This document shows positions 51,321 through 64,000 of a DNA stretch of 64,000 nucleotides, one piece after another. This DNA comes from Lama glama. Taxonomy: Eukaryota. The notes beneath the pieces were generated by a model, which was not told the DNA's origin, searched no databases, and worked only from the letters and a program-made list of their open reading frames with translations. The DNA lies in the NCBI GenBank assembly GCA_028534125.1, contig CM052816.1:89716001-89780000 (forward strand), in the 5' to 3' direction. Made by a program: the position numbers and the translations under genes. Within the stretch, counting starts at the first letter, position 1; every line of letters begins with the position of its first letter.

Positions 51321-52213
51321 CCAACTGCTGGCCACCACTAATCCTTCAACTGTTACTTAAGCCTCATTTTTTCAAGAACTGATAGATATGTCCAGGCTCA
51401 GGTCTAAGAATTAGGTGATTGTTCTATTGGTTCAAGATATTGTTGGGATTTTCATAGTTATACACATCAGGAAGGACTTTGGATTTTATATATTTTGGCA
51501 TTAGAGGCATAGGAATGTAGTACTTAGCAACAGAAAACTATACTGGTTAGACAGTTCTGAATTCATACTATGGTAACCATATCTAACTTACTTCTACAAG
51601 TTTTGACCTCTGTCATCCCTGAGAAAGCCACTGAATTCAACTCAAGCACAACGCCTTCTACTCTAATTCCAAACCATTAAAGCACCACTCAAATATATTG
51701 TAACTTTCACAAAAGTATTTCTCAAGATTTTCACAAAAGCAGTACCCTTTATCGGACTTCATTAAGGGACACAGTATGGGAATTAATGGAACGGGCCCCA
51801 TAAATAATATACTCCAACATTTTTACTGAAGAATCCAGAAAGTAATTGACAGTGGAATTCCATTTAATCATGGGCCACTGTTAAGCATGTATTTTGGTAA
51901 AAACAGGATGAAGAATCAGACAAAAACATAGCAGACATACAAATCATGCTATAGCTTCTGTAACTAAGTGCAAAAATAAAATTTTCAGCCTCACAGAAAG
52001 TCAAGCCTTTCTTTATTTGATCATAGAATCTATTCTTGCAGATATATTGAAAAAATATAAATTAGCAAAATGTTGCAATTGTCTTCTCCCTAATTCTTGT
52101 CCTTGGGTGTTTAACAGTCAGTGGCCCTGAGGTGATGCAGGTATGTGGCTCTAGTTGTGCTGGGCAGTTAGATAAGTGGGGGCACTGGGCAGATAGGTGG
52201 GGGAGAGGGAGGA

Positions 52214-52688
52214 TGTTTCAGAAGGTGGTGCTGTTTCCTCCTCCAATACAAAGGGACTTTACTTCTAAACCAGTTAGAACCCCACAGCCATGACTGCATG
52301 GTAGCAAATAGGAGTCAATAGGATGCATCCCAATGTTCATTGTATTATAATTAGCATTACAGTTAGGTTTTTCTGTGTACATCATGGGTCAGAGCAACGC
52401 ACAGAGGAGATGGGCACGCCTAAGGACTCAAAGGACATAAGTAAACCATCCATCAGTCACAAGAACACACCTAAAGCCAGGAGTTAAGGCAGGAGAAACA
52501 AAGAATGAGGCCATTTTTTTTTTCCTCTCTTGGGTTGGCCTGCCTTTAATTCTTGAAGGTGTACTATACTGATTTTTGCTCTACTAATAAAATGTTTTGT
52601 TCATATCACACTTTCCGTCTTCCATTTAAATTCTTTTTCTCAGATAAGACAAAGAATCGAGGTTGTTTCTTCCCTTCCTGCAGTAACA
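52214..52688 (+). mobile_element. ERV1 solo LTR (MER41-like)
   Basis: TGTTTC...GTAACA ends and CTAATAAAATG..AAATTCTTTTTC..GACAAAGAA. Confidence 0.65.
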
Positions 52689-53689
52689 GTTTTATCTTGG
52701 GAGAGATTGTAGATTGTTGGGAAAATGCAAAAGGAAAAGAGCTCCCTCTTTCAATGATGTTATGGTGCCTTTATTCAAGGATGGTTTTGGAAAAGGCTCC
52801 TGAAATAGTCAGGAGAGAGGCTTTGGTTGTCACAAATAATTCAGTGGGAGTTAAGCATTTAGTCTTGGCCATTAGAACATTCTGAGCTCGCCTTCACAGC
52901 CCCGTGATTAGTATAAAAATCTCTTATCTGCTCTTATTTTCACACAACTTCCCTGACAAGAATGTGCCTTCAAATGTTCTTATTCTCAACTCTTGGGTTA
53001 AAATTGATGCTTTATTTTCGGTTATCTCAGCCCTGTAGCTGCAACTAACACATTCTGTTAGAACTGCCCTAGAAAGCCCCTGGGCTTTAGTAGGCATTCA
53101 TCCAAGAATATAAGGATGCCGGGCTGTCATTCTCCTCCTTCTAACCATCCAGTGCCTTTCAAAAATGCCATTTCATGTTGAAGTCCCAGATTTCTCAGGG
53201 ATATATTCTATAGTAGCTGACACAGAATTTCCCCCTAAACCTTGACTCCAATGATCACTTGATTCCAGGTGAACATGGGGAATAATCTAATTATCTGCCT
53301 CATTTCTTAAGCCAGACTTCCGACAGGCTTGGCAACAAATCCCAGGTTCCTTCCGTTTCCCAGAGGGTCCAGTGCCTGCACCTCTCCCAGCAACTTTGTT
53401 TTCATTCTGATAAATGCTCTTGGTTAATAAAAAACCATAACAAAAATAAATCCAGATACTGCATTTTTATTTCTTAGAAGAAATTATTTACTTCAAGAGT
53501 ATCACTGGGAGAAAACATCATAGTGAAGTTTGAAGAAAGGGAGAGCTTAAAGATAAGACAATGTGTGGGCATTGTACTGAACAATGTTTGTATTAGTTCA
53601 GATCATCAGAAACGACCAGTGATAGGAAATACCCAAGTGGATCAAGTAGGGTTTTCTTTTTAAAAGGAAAGGAAATGAATGATGCCAGT

Positions 53690-54220
53690 GTAAACAAGGT
53701 GGAGTAAGCACCTCAGAATATCCAACCCTCCACAAAAGATTCAGGAAGAAACTTTGATCTGTCACCTCATTTCCTAAGAGAATGTAAATAGAGAACCTGT
53801 TTCAGGAATGGAGAGATCACCATGGGTCACTGAATATGAACTAGGTGTGTGGGCAGGGAGGAACCTAGCAAAGTCTGTATTTAAAATTAATTTCTGTGTC
53901 CCATTGTCTCTGCCTGGCCCAGCAAATAGTTGTCTGGCAAACGTTTGCTTTTCTGTCTCCATATAAATTGCCCTCCTCACCTTTGAAGTCCCAAACCAAC
54001 CCCCCCCCCAACAATCATTTTTGTCTTTAGCTGAAGATGCTGTTCAAGGTGAGGGTTTCAGTCATTTTGGTGAGTTACTCAGTTTTCCTAGGTCTCTCCC
54101 ACGTACACGTTATTAAAATTTTGTTTGACTTCCTGCTGTTAATCTGTCTCATATCAATTTGGTTCTCAGGACAGCCAGAAGAGCCTCGAAGGGTGAAAGA
54201 AAATTGCTTCCTCCCTGACA
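53690..54220 (+). mobile_element. ERV1 LTR (MER34/39-like)
   Basis: CCTTTGAAGTCCCAAACC..TTAGCTGAAGATG..GAGTTACTCAGTTTTCC..CTGTTAATCTGTCT..CCTCCCTGACA. Confidence 0.75.
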
Positions 54221-54814
54221 GTCTGATACTCAGAGGTTACCCAGTGAACAAACATATTCAAATAGATATCTGCTCCGCGGTCTTCTTTCCTTACAATAAC
54301 TTTGCACAATTGCCACCTTTTCCTGTGTCTTATATTAGGTGATATGAATTGTTTTGCACTTTCAACAGGGATTGGAGAACAGAACTGCTTTCCTAGCTTC
54401 AGGGACTCAGAGTTTCCTTTCCAGGTGTTTTAAGAGGTGATAAAAAAAAGTACGCCTTAGCACTTTTTGCTACTTGCCTCCTCTGATTCACGTTCTCACT
54501 TTTTTATTTGTTCCATCTCTTTTTCTCCCCCCTGTTATCTCTGTCCTGTAGAATTTAGATTATACGCCTAACACTATCTCTGTAAGACAGGAGTTTGTCC
54601 TCAAAGGGAGCTTTTGTTTGTTTGTTTTAGGAATTCACAGTCTCTAGTCAGGTTTTGCTCTTTCCAGGTCTCTGGTCCTGTTTTACAGCCACCCGTAAAG
54701 TGGAATTTGCAAACTTCTGTCAGTTCTAATTCTGTGCTCAGATTATGCTATGTGCTTTTCGGCGACAATCTGTTAGATACTTTTATGTTCTCCTGTTCTC
54801 AACACCACCAGAAG

Positions 54815-54956
54815 TTTTTAGTTGAGTTCCCTAAAAAATGTTGAAATAATTGTGAATGTGACCTTATTTGGAAAAAAACATATGAGGTCCTTATAATAGA
54901 CAGGCCCTGGTCCAATATGACTGGTGTCCTTATAAAAAGGGGAAACTTTGTACAGA

Positions 54957-54999
<43 letters not shown>

Positions 55000-55100
55000 G
55001 AATACCATGTGAAAAGACACAGGGAGAAGACGGCCATCTGTAAGCCAGGACGACAGCAGTTATCACAAGCTAGGAGAGGGGTCTGGGGTAGATCCTTCCA
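54815..55100 (+). mobile_element. MLT1B-like LTR fragment containing (CA)19 at 54958-54995
   Basis: GAATGTGACCTTATTTGGAAA..CCAATATGACTGGTGTCCTTATAA..GAAGACGGCCATCTGTAAGCCA. Confidence 0.85.
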
Positions 55101-55886
55101 CGCAGGGGTGAAGAGTCTTGCTACGAATCTAAATATCATCTCAAAAGTCACAAACATTTTGCTCATTAGTGCTTACCCATGATAGGCGACATTATCATAC
55201 GCAGTGTAATTAGGAAACGTTCCAGTGCTACGGAATGCACAAACAAGTACTGTGATTCTGTAAAGCCAACTTTATTGTAAAACCCATTTACGTGTCACTC
55301 GTTCATTACTATTTACGTCAGAGTTAGAAGACATTGTCAAAAACAGGCATACTCATCTTTGGGCATAGAGAGTCTAGACTACACAAATCTTAGTCAACAG
55401 TGACTCTTAACCTGAGTGGACTCAAATGTGTGAGGTGAAACAGTGAAAACAGAACATAATTTCTTATCGACAACATATAGAAGTGCCTGAGGTCTTTATT
55501 TTACATCAATTCAACAATATTTATTAAACTGACATACTCCCTTTTCACTTGAAATGATTAAAAGACACCAGCCATATGGAAAAACTATAATTATAAGAGT
55601 GAATGATTTAAATTTTGGCATGCGTCAGAGAATATTTCTAAATGTCATTTTCCAAACATCATAAAATGCTGTCACTTGGAGAAGAAAAATAAGGATTTAT
55701 AATGTCAATATTTGAACTGATCTGTTTCTTATTATAAAAATTTCATTTAGTTACCCAAGGAAGAAATACAACAATCGGAGAAATAATTTTTGTGTGTAAC
55801 TAATAATATCTTTTATGTAGGTGAGCAGATTGTAAGCCATCACAAAAGGCCATTGAAGCCAGACAATTTCACAGTTTTTCTGTAGG

Positions 55887-55890
<4 letters not shown>

Positions 55891-55926
<36 letters not shown>
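55891..55926. repeat. (GT)18 microsatellite
   Basis: Read directly from the sequence. Confidence 0.95.
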
Positions 55927-55929
<3 letters not shown>

Positions 55930-57024
55930 GGCATGCATACTATTTTTGCAATGTTGTTTTAAGAACAATATGTCCAATATTTATGCAGAATATTTCAAAA
56001 GTAATTTAAATATAATTTAACCTACATTAACATTTGCCCAATTTCCCATTAAAAATAAATCTAGCTTTTTCTAATATACTTTATACACTTGAAAATGAAA
56101 ACTAAAATATTTGAAGTCTTTATGTAAATAGAACATGCAAACTATTTGGTGATATTTGATATTATATGAAAGACATTACTGAAGAATTATCTTTAACTTA
56201 TATATAATACTAAATAAATAAGCAAATTATAATTTTTGGTTTTGTTTGTTCATTCCCTTAAATAATTCTTCTAATGAAATTTGTTATGAGATTTCTAAAT
56301 CTATTAATTAGGATGAAAAGTTTTATAAAGGGCAGAATTTTATAAACAGATTAAAAAGTGCCAATGGGAGTATTTGGGAACTTACAATTCTTTCAAGGTT
56401 CATTCATAATCACAGGCAGTCCTAAATTTGGTAGTTGGTAATTCAGATCACTAACGAGAGAAAACAGGTTTTGAAGCACAGTTAATTTCTCTAAATATAT
56501 AGCTCTATTTTTTTTTCCCAAATACCAGAACTTTATAAGGACATGAATGAAATGATGGTATGTAACTGATGACTCGGGCTAGTCATTTCTGGTATAAATT
56601 TACAGTCTGGTTAAATAATCATGGTAAGTACTTTTTAATGACAATCAAAGTTTGGGGTTAGCTGTCTTTGTCGTAAACACACATCAGCATCAGCAATAAA
56701 AACATTGATCACCTCTGTGTCCACCAGCTTATATCTTGATGAAGAGTTGCTAATCTTGGTTTCCTCTGTGCCGTGTCACAGACTGCTGTCTTATTCCTAG
56801 TTGTGTCTAAAGGAAGATGCAAACTCCTTCACTGGTTGTTATGGTGAAAATAACCCAATTAATGGAATGTTAATATTCCTCTCTATATATGAACATACAG
56901 TTTGTAAATAATCTGAGTCTCTTGCCTGCTGCAAAATTTCTAACCAGTTTCCACTTCCAAGGTATGGTAGAATAAGCATAGCCTTTTTTTTTTTAATTGC
57001 AAGATTGTATCTTTTTTTACTGAA

Positions 57025-57282
57025 ACAAATTTATTTACAAAACAGGAACAGACTCATAGACATAGAAAAGAAATTTTTAGTTACTCACGGGAAAACAGGG
57101 GAGGGATAAATTAGGAGTATGAGATTAACAGACACACATTACTATATATAAAATAAGTAAACAATAAGGATTTACTGTGTAGCATAGGAAACCATGTTCA
57201 ATATCTCATAATAACCTATAATGGAAAAGAATCTAAATACACCTAGACTTTTAATACACCACTGAAATCAGCCTATACCTTG
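57025..57282 (+). mobile_element. Cetartiodactyl L1 3'UTR fragment
   Basis: TTATTTACAAAACAG..AGACTCATAGACATAGAAAA..GGGAGGGATAAATTAGGAG..ATAACCTATAATGGAAAAGAATCT. Confidence 0.85.
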
Positions 57283-60200
57283 TAGGATCCGAAAATTTTG
57301 TCTGTGGACTGCAGGTGTCACTCAATACTTTGTGATATGGTATTAAAGGGGTTTACAATCTTTAGAGGTCAACGTGATTAAATATTTTATCTGCACTTCA
57401 CCCATTTGAAATGAGACACACATAATAATTTTCAAAGGAATCCCATAATAATTATATCACACTCTGAAATGCTGCTCATGCTCTAAAATAGCTATACTGT
57501 TTAATTAATCTTAGACTAATATAATTTGCACTAATGTTTTTGTTTGTTAAAGCTGTTTTTTATTGATATTATTGAGCTGTGTTATAATTCCAACTGACAA
57601 AGATTTATCAGGTTCAGCAACTCTTCACTATAGCATAAAATCAGTGATGGGAAGACTAACATAAATGGAAAATGGTCAACAGAACTCCAGTGTCTGCTGG
57701 GATAATGAAGTTTGTGCCTCCAAAAAGTTCCCAAGTCACCAGAAACATAAAAATTTGCATATAAACCTGATTATGAAAACATGGAAGAAAAGAACTTAAT
57801 TGAACTAGAGGTCCATTTGCTCCAACTCCCAGTGCCTTTTCTTGGCAGCCATGTAAATAGTGGCAGGAAGCCATTAAAATTTCGTATCATTTTCAAAACA
57901 GCATTGCTTGCTGCTGCCCTCTAAGAAAGCAATTGTAGTTTTATACAGAAGAAGCACAAAATAACACTTGCAAGTTTAAAATTAATGAATTATAAATCTA
58001 AACATAGAGAAGAGACCATAAACACTAAGCAGCATGGAAAGATGCATTCCTGGTTTAGGAAAAAAAAATTCTATTGCACTTGCTCCAAAGCTTGTAAAAA
58101 ATAGCTGTGAATGTTACAACAAATTTCAGGCACTGAGAAAAAGCAGCATGAGCTGTTGGCAAAACTCTTTTATCAAGCGACATGTTGGGCATCACCCAAC
58201 TACTATCACATTTGTCTGACGGCAGATTTTTTGCTTTACACTTGGATGAAACCAATTATGTGCAGGGTATGAATCAGCTTTGGCACGTCAGTAATGCGTA
58301 GACGAAGAAGACGTGGTCACCGGATTTTGATCTGGTCGTCGCTGTATTGCTATAGGACACAAGGTTTATTTAGGTAACTATGTTATGAACTGCATGTCTG
58401 ATAAAAAAGTTATTATTAGGATCAATATCAATGGAATTGTAGTTTTAGGTACAGCAAATAGAAAATTATACATATTTTGGTCACAGACTAGTGGTGTTGG
58501 TTAACAATAGACTGACTCGTCTTCTAATATTTTAGTGAACTGAGCATTTTGGAAGCCCTTGCTTTCGGTTTACTTAAAATCAGTAGCCTGATTATCTGGC
58601 AAACTTTAATTAAATGTGTAATGGGCACAGGAAGCACATAGAATCTTACTCTACACCTGCCTAGAGTGAAGAGAACTTCAATTACTGATGCTCTTTGAAT
58701 CCAACTTTATTAATCTCAATATGGAGATAATAGTAAAAGTTAATGGGTCACTCTGAGAAATGAAATGTATGTATTGTGTCTAGAATATTACAATATGAAA
58801 CTTCCTGGTAATAAAAGTTCACATATATGTTGATATCTACCTATATCCATATAAATGAGTCATATATATATATATATACATATTTTATATATACTTTATG
58901 TATTTATTTAATTATTTTAGAGGGAGTATGCAAAGTCAGAGGTCAGGGGGCTGGTCATACCTTTAAAAAAGAAACCAAACCACACACACCATTCTCTTCA
59001 TAAGAAAGCCGTTCTCTTCTGTCTCCTCATTTTAACCTTAAAACTTCTTCTGTATACTTCTAGAGACCACAGATTGACTTCCCAGTGCTTTAAAAAGATT
59101 GGGAAAAATAGTATTAAAGAAATTGAAATCTATAAATATGATCTAGATGAGACAAAAAGTTTACTAAATTGGAATCTTTGAGTCTAGAAACATGTTCAGC
59201 ATGTTTGAACTATGTATTTTAAAATAACAAAGATTATTATTGATAAATATTAATGTGGCCACCAAAACAGAAATGGCTGCATATGCTGTATACAACAATA
59301 TTGCAAATTATTTAATGTGCTTGGGTTTTACTTCACTGTGCATTGATTACATAAAATACAACTATTGATGAAAATTTTTAAATAAAATTATACTAGGTCT
59401 AGTTAAAATATTTGACTAAATGAATTGTTTTCAGTTACATCTAGTATTTGAAACTCCACTTTAATATACTTGTCATGTATGCCAGCACATTTATTAACCT
59501 TTACATATTAATTCAATATGAAGTTTTGTAACAGAAGTTTAATATAAGTTTATTTGTAATTGGTCTTATTATAAGAAACCAAAATTTAAAAGAAAAGATA
59601 TAGTTCCTTTTGCTAAAGCACAGAGACCTATTTTAAAAGCCCTGTTGGCACTTTGAAATAAAGTAAATCCTCAAAATATAAATTATATGCATTTTATCAT
59701 GACAAAACCAAAAATTAATATAAAAAATCTAATTAATTTATATATAAAATTATGTATCTCTAAATATCATCATGGAATAACTTTCAGAGGAATAAATAAT
59801 CTCAAGATGCCTTCCTAGTCTAAGCATTGAAATTTTAGCTTAGTTAGCATTTTGTTAGTTATTGTCAAAATGAATGTACTTTCTGGTTTGAATAGAAGAC
59901 TTTCATACGCTTAGACAATTCCCTTTGAAAACACTCATAAGATATATGTAATTTCCAAGTGGACCATAACAATAATAACTTGTGGACCATAAAAATTATT
60001 ATGAAATATAATTAATGACTGCTATTATTAAAAATATCCATGGTCATAAAACGGCAGTAGATCACATAAATTCAAGTCGTTGTGTCAGTAATTTTCCCAG
60101 GAAAATTTATCTATGGTGGGCCGGGCCACTATTCATTTTTTGCAATGAAATATTTGTTCCTTGCTCAACAAACAACCTTCTAAAATAATTGAAGCTTGTA

Positions 60201-60434
60201 GGGGCTTAATTATGAATGGACTGACTTGATTATAACACTGCAGTTGCAATGAAGGTACACATGCTTGGAATGTTAAATTTATGACATGTTTTTAACAGAA
60301 TTTCAATGGAGAGTTTTTGTGTGTGTTTGTTCGTATGTGTGTGCGCGCATAGGTAATTCTTGAATTCAAGGCCATTCTTGTTCCATCTATGACTATACCA
60401 AGTTGATCTCACAAAAGTTATTGAAAAACACATC

Positions 60435-61440
60435 CAACTAAAAAATGGGTGGAAGAACTGAATACATATTTTTCTAAACAAGACATACAAGTGACCAGCA
60501 GGTGCATGAAAAAGTGACCAATACCATTAATCATCAAAAAATGTAAATCAAATATACAAATGTGAGATCTTACCTCACACTTGTCTACTACTTAGAATGG
60601 CTACTACCAAAAAAAAAAAAAAAAGGTAAGAAGTGACAAGTGTTGGTGAAGATATGAAGAAAGGGGAACACTCATGCACTGTTGGTGGGAATGTAAATTG
60701 GTACAGCTATGGAAAACAGCATACTGAGTTTCCTCGAAAAAACATAGAACTATCACATGATCCAGCTCCACTTCAGGGTATTTATCCAAAGGAAATAAAA
60801 TTACTATCTCTAAAAGATATCTGTACCCCTATGTTTACTGCAGCATTTTTAACAATATCCAAGACATGGAAGCAACCTACATGTCCACTGATGAATGAAC
60901 AAATAAAGATATTGTGGTGTATATACACAACGGGATGCTATTCAGCCATAGAAAAGAAGGAAATCCTGTCATTTGTGACAACAAAGATAGACCTTGAGAA
61001 AATTATGCTATATATAATAAGTAAGACAGGAAAAGACAAATACTGTGTGATCTCACTTATACGTGGAATTTAAACAAACAAACTCCTAGGCAGAGCGAAC
61101 AGAAGATCGGTGATTGCCAGAGGTCGAGGTGGGGAGTGGGCAAAGTGGGTGAAGATGGTGAAAATGTACAATCTTAGAGTCATAAAATAAGTTCTGGGAA
61201 TGTAATGTACAGAATGGTATCTATAGTTAACAATACTGCATTTTATATGTGGAAGTTGCTAAGAGGTAGAGCTTAAAATTTCTCAATAAAAGAAAAAGAT
61301 TGTAACTATGCGTGGCAAGGGATGTTAACTAAATTATTGTGGTGACCATTTCACAGTCTATACATATATCAGATTATTATGTTGTACACTTTAAATTCAT
61401 GCAGTTATCTGTTAATTATATCTAGTAAAAGGAGAGGAAA
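60435..61440 (+). mobile_element. 5'-truncated L1MA-type element with perfect 12-bp TSD
   Basis: ORF2 C-terminus (CTVGGNVNW..KDICTPMF..TWKQPTCP). TSD GAAAAACACATC at 60423-60434 and 61441-61452, preceded by TT (L1 endonuclease-type site). Confidence 0.9.
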
Positions 61441-62268
61441 GAAAAACACATCTTATCTTTGCTGTCACACCTACATCTCTGTTGATATAATTAGGCTGAT
61501 CAGTTTCCATCAGTCTGCAGAGGCATTCATCTCCTTTGAGATTATCATTCACTGTTTATAAAGCATCTTTTTTTTGGGAGGGGGTCTTTCCCAATGTGAC
61601 CCACTAGCCTTTTTGGCCTAAACCCATAAAAATTGAAGGTTTATGGCACTAGCTCCAATCTCTGAGCAGAACCAGGCTTCCTTTTCCTAGGTGAGTTGTC
61701 TGCTTTTGCTCAGGTCCAGTGAGTCTAAAACCCCTTATCTCACTCTCATCCTCAGTGACTCAGCAGAACCCAGAGCTATGAATTAACTTCCCATATTCCA
61801 CTGGTAGACTCTTCTCATTATTTTATTTTTCCAAAAAGGAAACGAGAGGGAATGTTAGAAGTGAACATTCAAGCCACAGTACCCCTTCTTAAGTGATTCT
61901 GCGACTTGTTTAACTGTAGAAGTGTATTCTGAGATACATTTTGTGGAAAATAACTGTGTCTCCAGGGAATTATAGCTCAGAGGGACGACTAGAAATCACT
62001 CAGGCCTCTATAGTATTTTCCAAACAAAAGAATATTTGGGTTGTGTTGTCTCTTTTTCAGCGATGCCGAGAAAGTTAGCAGTATAAGACTTAACGGCATG
62101 GCCCTAGGTGATTGGCATGTGTGCAGCAGATGTAAGATGAATATTTTTGCAAACTCTATAAAACAAGGCTCTAATGCTGAGTACCTCGCTCAGTGTATCT
62201 AATTTGATATTTAGACTTTGGGTCTCAGCTTATGATCTCTGTCTCCTCTTGGTCTTACCACTACTTAC

Positions 62269-62394
62269 TTTTTTTTAATTAAAAAAATGTTTTTTAATTT
62301 TCATTGAAGTACAGTCAATTACAGTGTGCCAATTTCTGGTGTACAGCACAATGTCCCAGTCATGCATATACAGACATATATTCATTTTCATATT
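62269..62394 (-). mobile_element. Very short camelid-type L1 3' end
   Basis: ATTGAAGTACAGTCAATTACAGTGTG..AATTTCTGGTGTACAGCA..CAGTCATGCATATACA, homologous to 47390-47480. Confidence 0.85.
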
Positions 62395-62679
62395 AAGATT
62401 CGTTTCTTATTTCAGCACCTATCCAACTTCATCCTGGTTCTCTTCTTAGGCTTCCACTCTTATTTAACCACATATTTTTACTGAATCAATATAAAACCTC
62501 CTGTCTTCAAAATTAATTAAATTATTGACATCCCTGTGGAGATGCTTTCCCCTTATATTAATTTTGTTTTGATAATCAAGTAGCTCTTATTTTTCTTAAT
62601 GTCTTTTCTTGTCCTCGGAAGTTACATTTCATATTAGTTAGCTATTAAAGTCAGTGTGTATAATTACACATGTAAATTC

Positions 62680-63127
62680 TAACACATGCCATTAGTGCCC
62701 TGCCTTTATAGCCCGGACACTCTTTGCTAATGTGTCTTCTTACTGCAAATACCTGTCCCTCTGCCCAAAGCTTTTCTCTGGGCTGCCTGAGGGTCACACT
62801 AAGAATGCCGGGCAGTTAATGCCCCTCGAAGCAGCCCCTACCTATGATAGAATTGAGTTGGTACACAGCATCTCAAGTTTTGCCTCTCTTGGTGGGGTGA
62901 CTCCGAGGCATGTCCTGAACCATCCCTTAGATGTCCCCAGCACTGCAGAGCCCAAGATGCACCCAGCAGTCACCCATTCATCAGTATCCCTTGCATTGGC
63001 TTATTTCCTTCACTTCCTGTACCCCTGCTTTACCTTACTAATGCTTTCTGAAATCCTATCCCAGATAAATCACTCACCTTCAAATCCTTGTCTCAGAATC
63101 ATCCCAAAGGAACTCCAACCTTAAACA
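62680..63127 (+). mobile_element. LTR16-family ERVL solo LTR
   Basis: GGGCAGTTAATGCCCC..GCAGCCC..GACTCCGAGGCATGT..AGATAAATCACTCACCTTCAAATCCTTGTCTCAG..AACCTTAAACA. Confidence 0.8.
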
Positions 63128-63244
63128 TATCTACATACGTACACAAAGCACTTACACACATATACAAACACACATGTAAATATAAGACATACTCTCCTAA
63201 GGGCTTAAGGTCTGCAGCCTAACTGACATAAAAGAGGGCGTTCA

Positions 63245-63368
63245 AGATATGCAACTACTATATATAAAGCAGATAAAACAACAAATTTCTTCTGTACAGC
63301 ACAAGGAACTGTATTAAATATCTTGCAGTAACCTATAATGAAAAAGAATATGAAAGCAACAAAAAAGA
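63245..63368 (+). mobile_element. Camelid-type L1 3'UTR fragment
   Basis: ACTACTATATATAAAGCAGATAAAACAACAAATTTCTTCTGTACAGCACAAGGAAC..AACCTATAATGAAAAAGAATATGAAA. Confidence 0.8.
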
Positions 63369-64000
63369 GTTAAAAGAAGTGAGTTTTTTCTAATATATAT
63401 AATATATTAATTCTAAACATTCAACTTTGTTGTTTAAACAATCACATACATTTAAGAATTTCTGAGATTCAATGATTAAATTCATTTTGGTTTCAACTAG
63501 AAATCAGATGCTTCAGTTAAGTATTTATACTCATTGTGTGTTTTAAAAGGAAAAATGTCTGCATTTTAGGGCCAAGAGTTTGAGGATTGCAAGTCTGTAC
63601 AGATTTACTATTCTGTGAAAGTCCCTCTCTGCTGAACAGTTATTGTGCAGTGAAAAAGGAATATCAGAAACAAATGCTTTCTCAAAGAAATGGACAGTTC
63701 TTGATTATTTTCTAAGCATTCCATTTGAAAAAGTTATATTTCACTTTGATGTGATGATAATAAATCACTGTAGACAGTGTAAAGTATTAAACGCTTAGAA
63801 AATAAAAGTGCTGTGGATGGTGTCCCGAGTCATCATGTCTTGTGAATACGTATCAAAATATGTCTAGAAAAATCTTGTAGGTAGAGTGTTCATTAAGCAA
63901 CTATTTAGCAATTCATATAAATTAAGTGGTTGGTAATCACTGGAACCCTAATTCCATCTAATTTATCACAACCCTTACTTTTCCTTTTTTCTTAAGATGT

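Noticed and set aside
52214..52688. MER41-like LTR as an interferon-inducible enhancer
   Set aside because: I could not find a GAS motif (TTCNNNGAA) in this copy, and the family assignment is tentative.
60090..60107. Palindrome AATTTTCC-CA-GGAAAATT containing TTC-N4-GAA (STAT6-like)
   Set aside because: Single short motif in AT-rich DNA with no supporting context.
60633..61073. 146-aa ORF
   Set aside because: LINE-1 ORF2 C-terminal remnant inside a TSD-flanked truncated L1.
1..64000. CRISPR arrays, operons, rRNA/tRNA genes, and non-retroviral endogenous viral elements
   Set aside because: No regularly spaced repeat-spacer arrays, no long ORFs and no recognisable structural RNA or borna/filo/parvovirus-like peptides by eye. 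A translated search of the unmasked sequence would be needed to exclude highly decayed ones.

Overview
AT-rich, repeat-dense mammalian genomic DNA (intergenic or deep intronic), not microbial. The youngest LINE-1 3' ends look cetartiodactyl, most like camelid (alpaca/camel-type) L1 3'UTRs, and I saw no Alu, B1, Bov-tA/BovB, PRE-1 or Can-SINE. I found no host protein-coding gene, tRNA, rRNA or CRISPR array; the ORF track is explained by chance ORFs, transposon remnants and a 500-N gap. The window is rich in endogenous-retrovirus material from all three classes. It holds the 5' end of a minus-strand class I (HERV-I-like) provirus running off the left edge, a young class II solo LTR with a perfect 6-bp target-site duplication (TSD) and a doubled terminus, a mosaic of class III gag/pol remnants at 7.2-12.2 kb, a near-complete MLT1 MaLR nested in an old L1, and many other solo LTRs. 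L1, L2, MIR, DNA-transposon fossils and microsatellites fill much of the rest. A few unique stretches may be regulatory or hold a small ORF. Family names come from my recall of consensus sequences, not from a search, and many boundaries are approximate. I cannot support a claim of a new biological system here.
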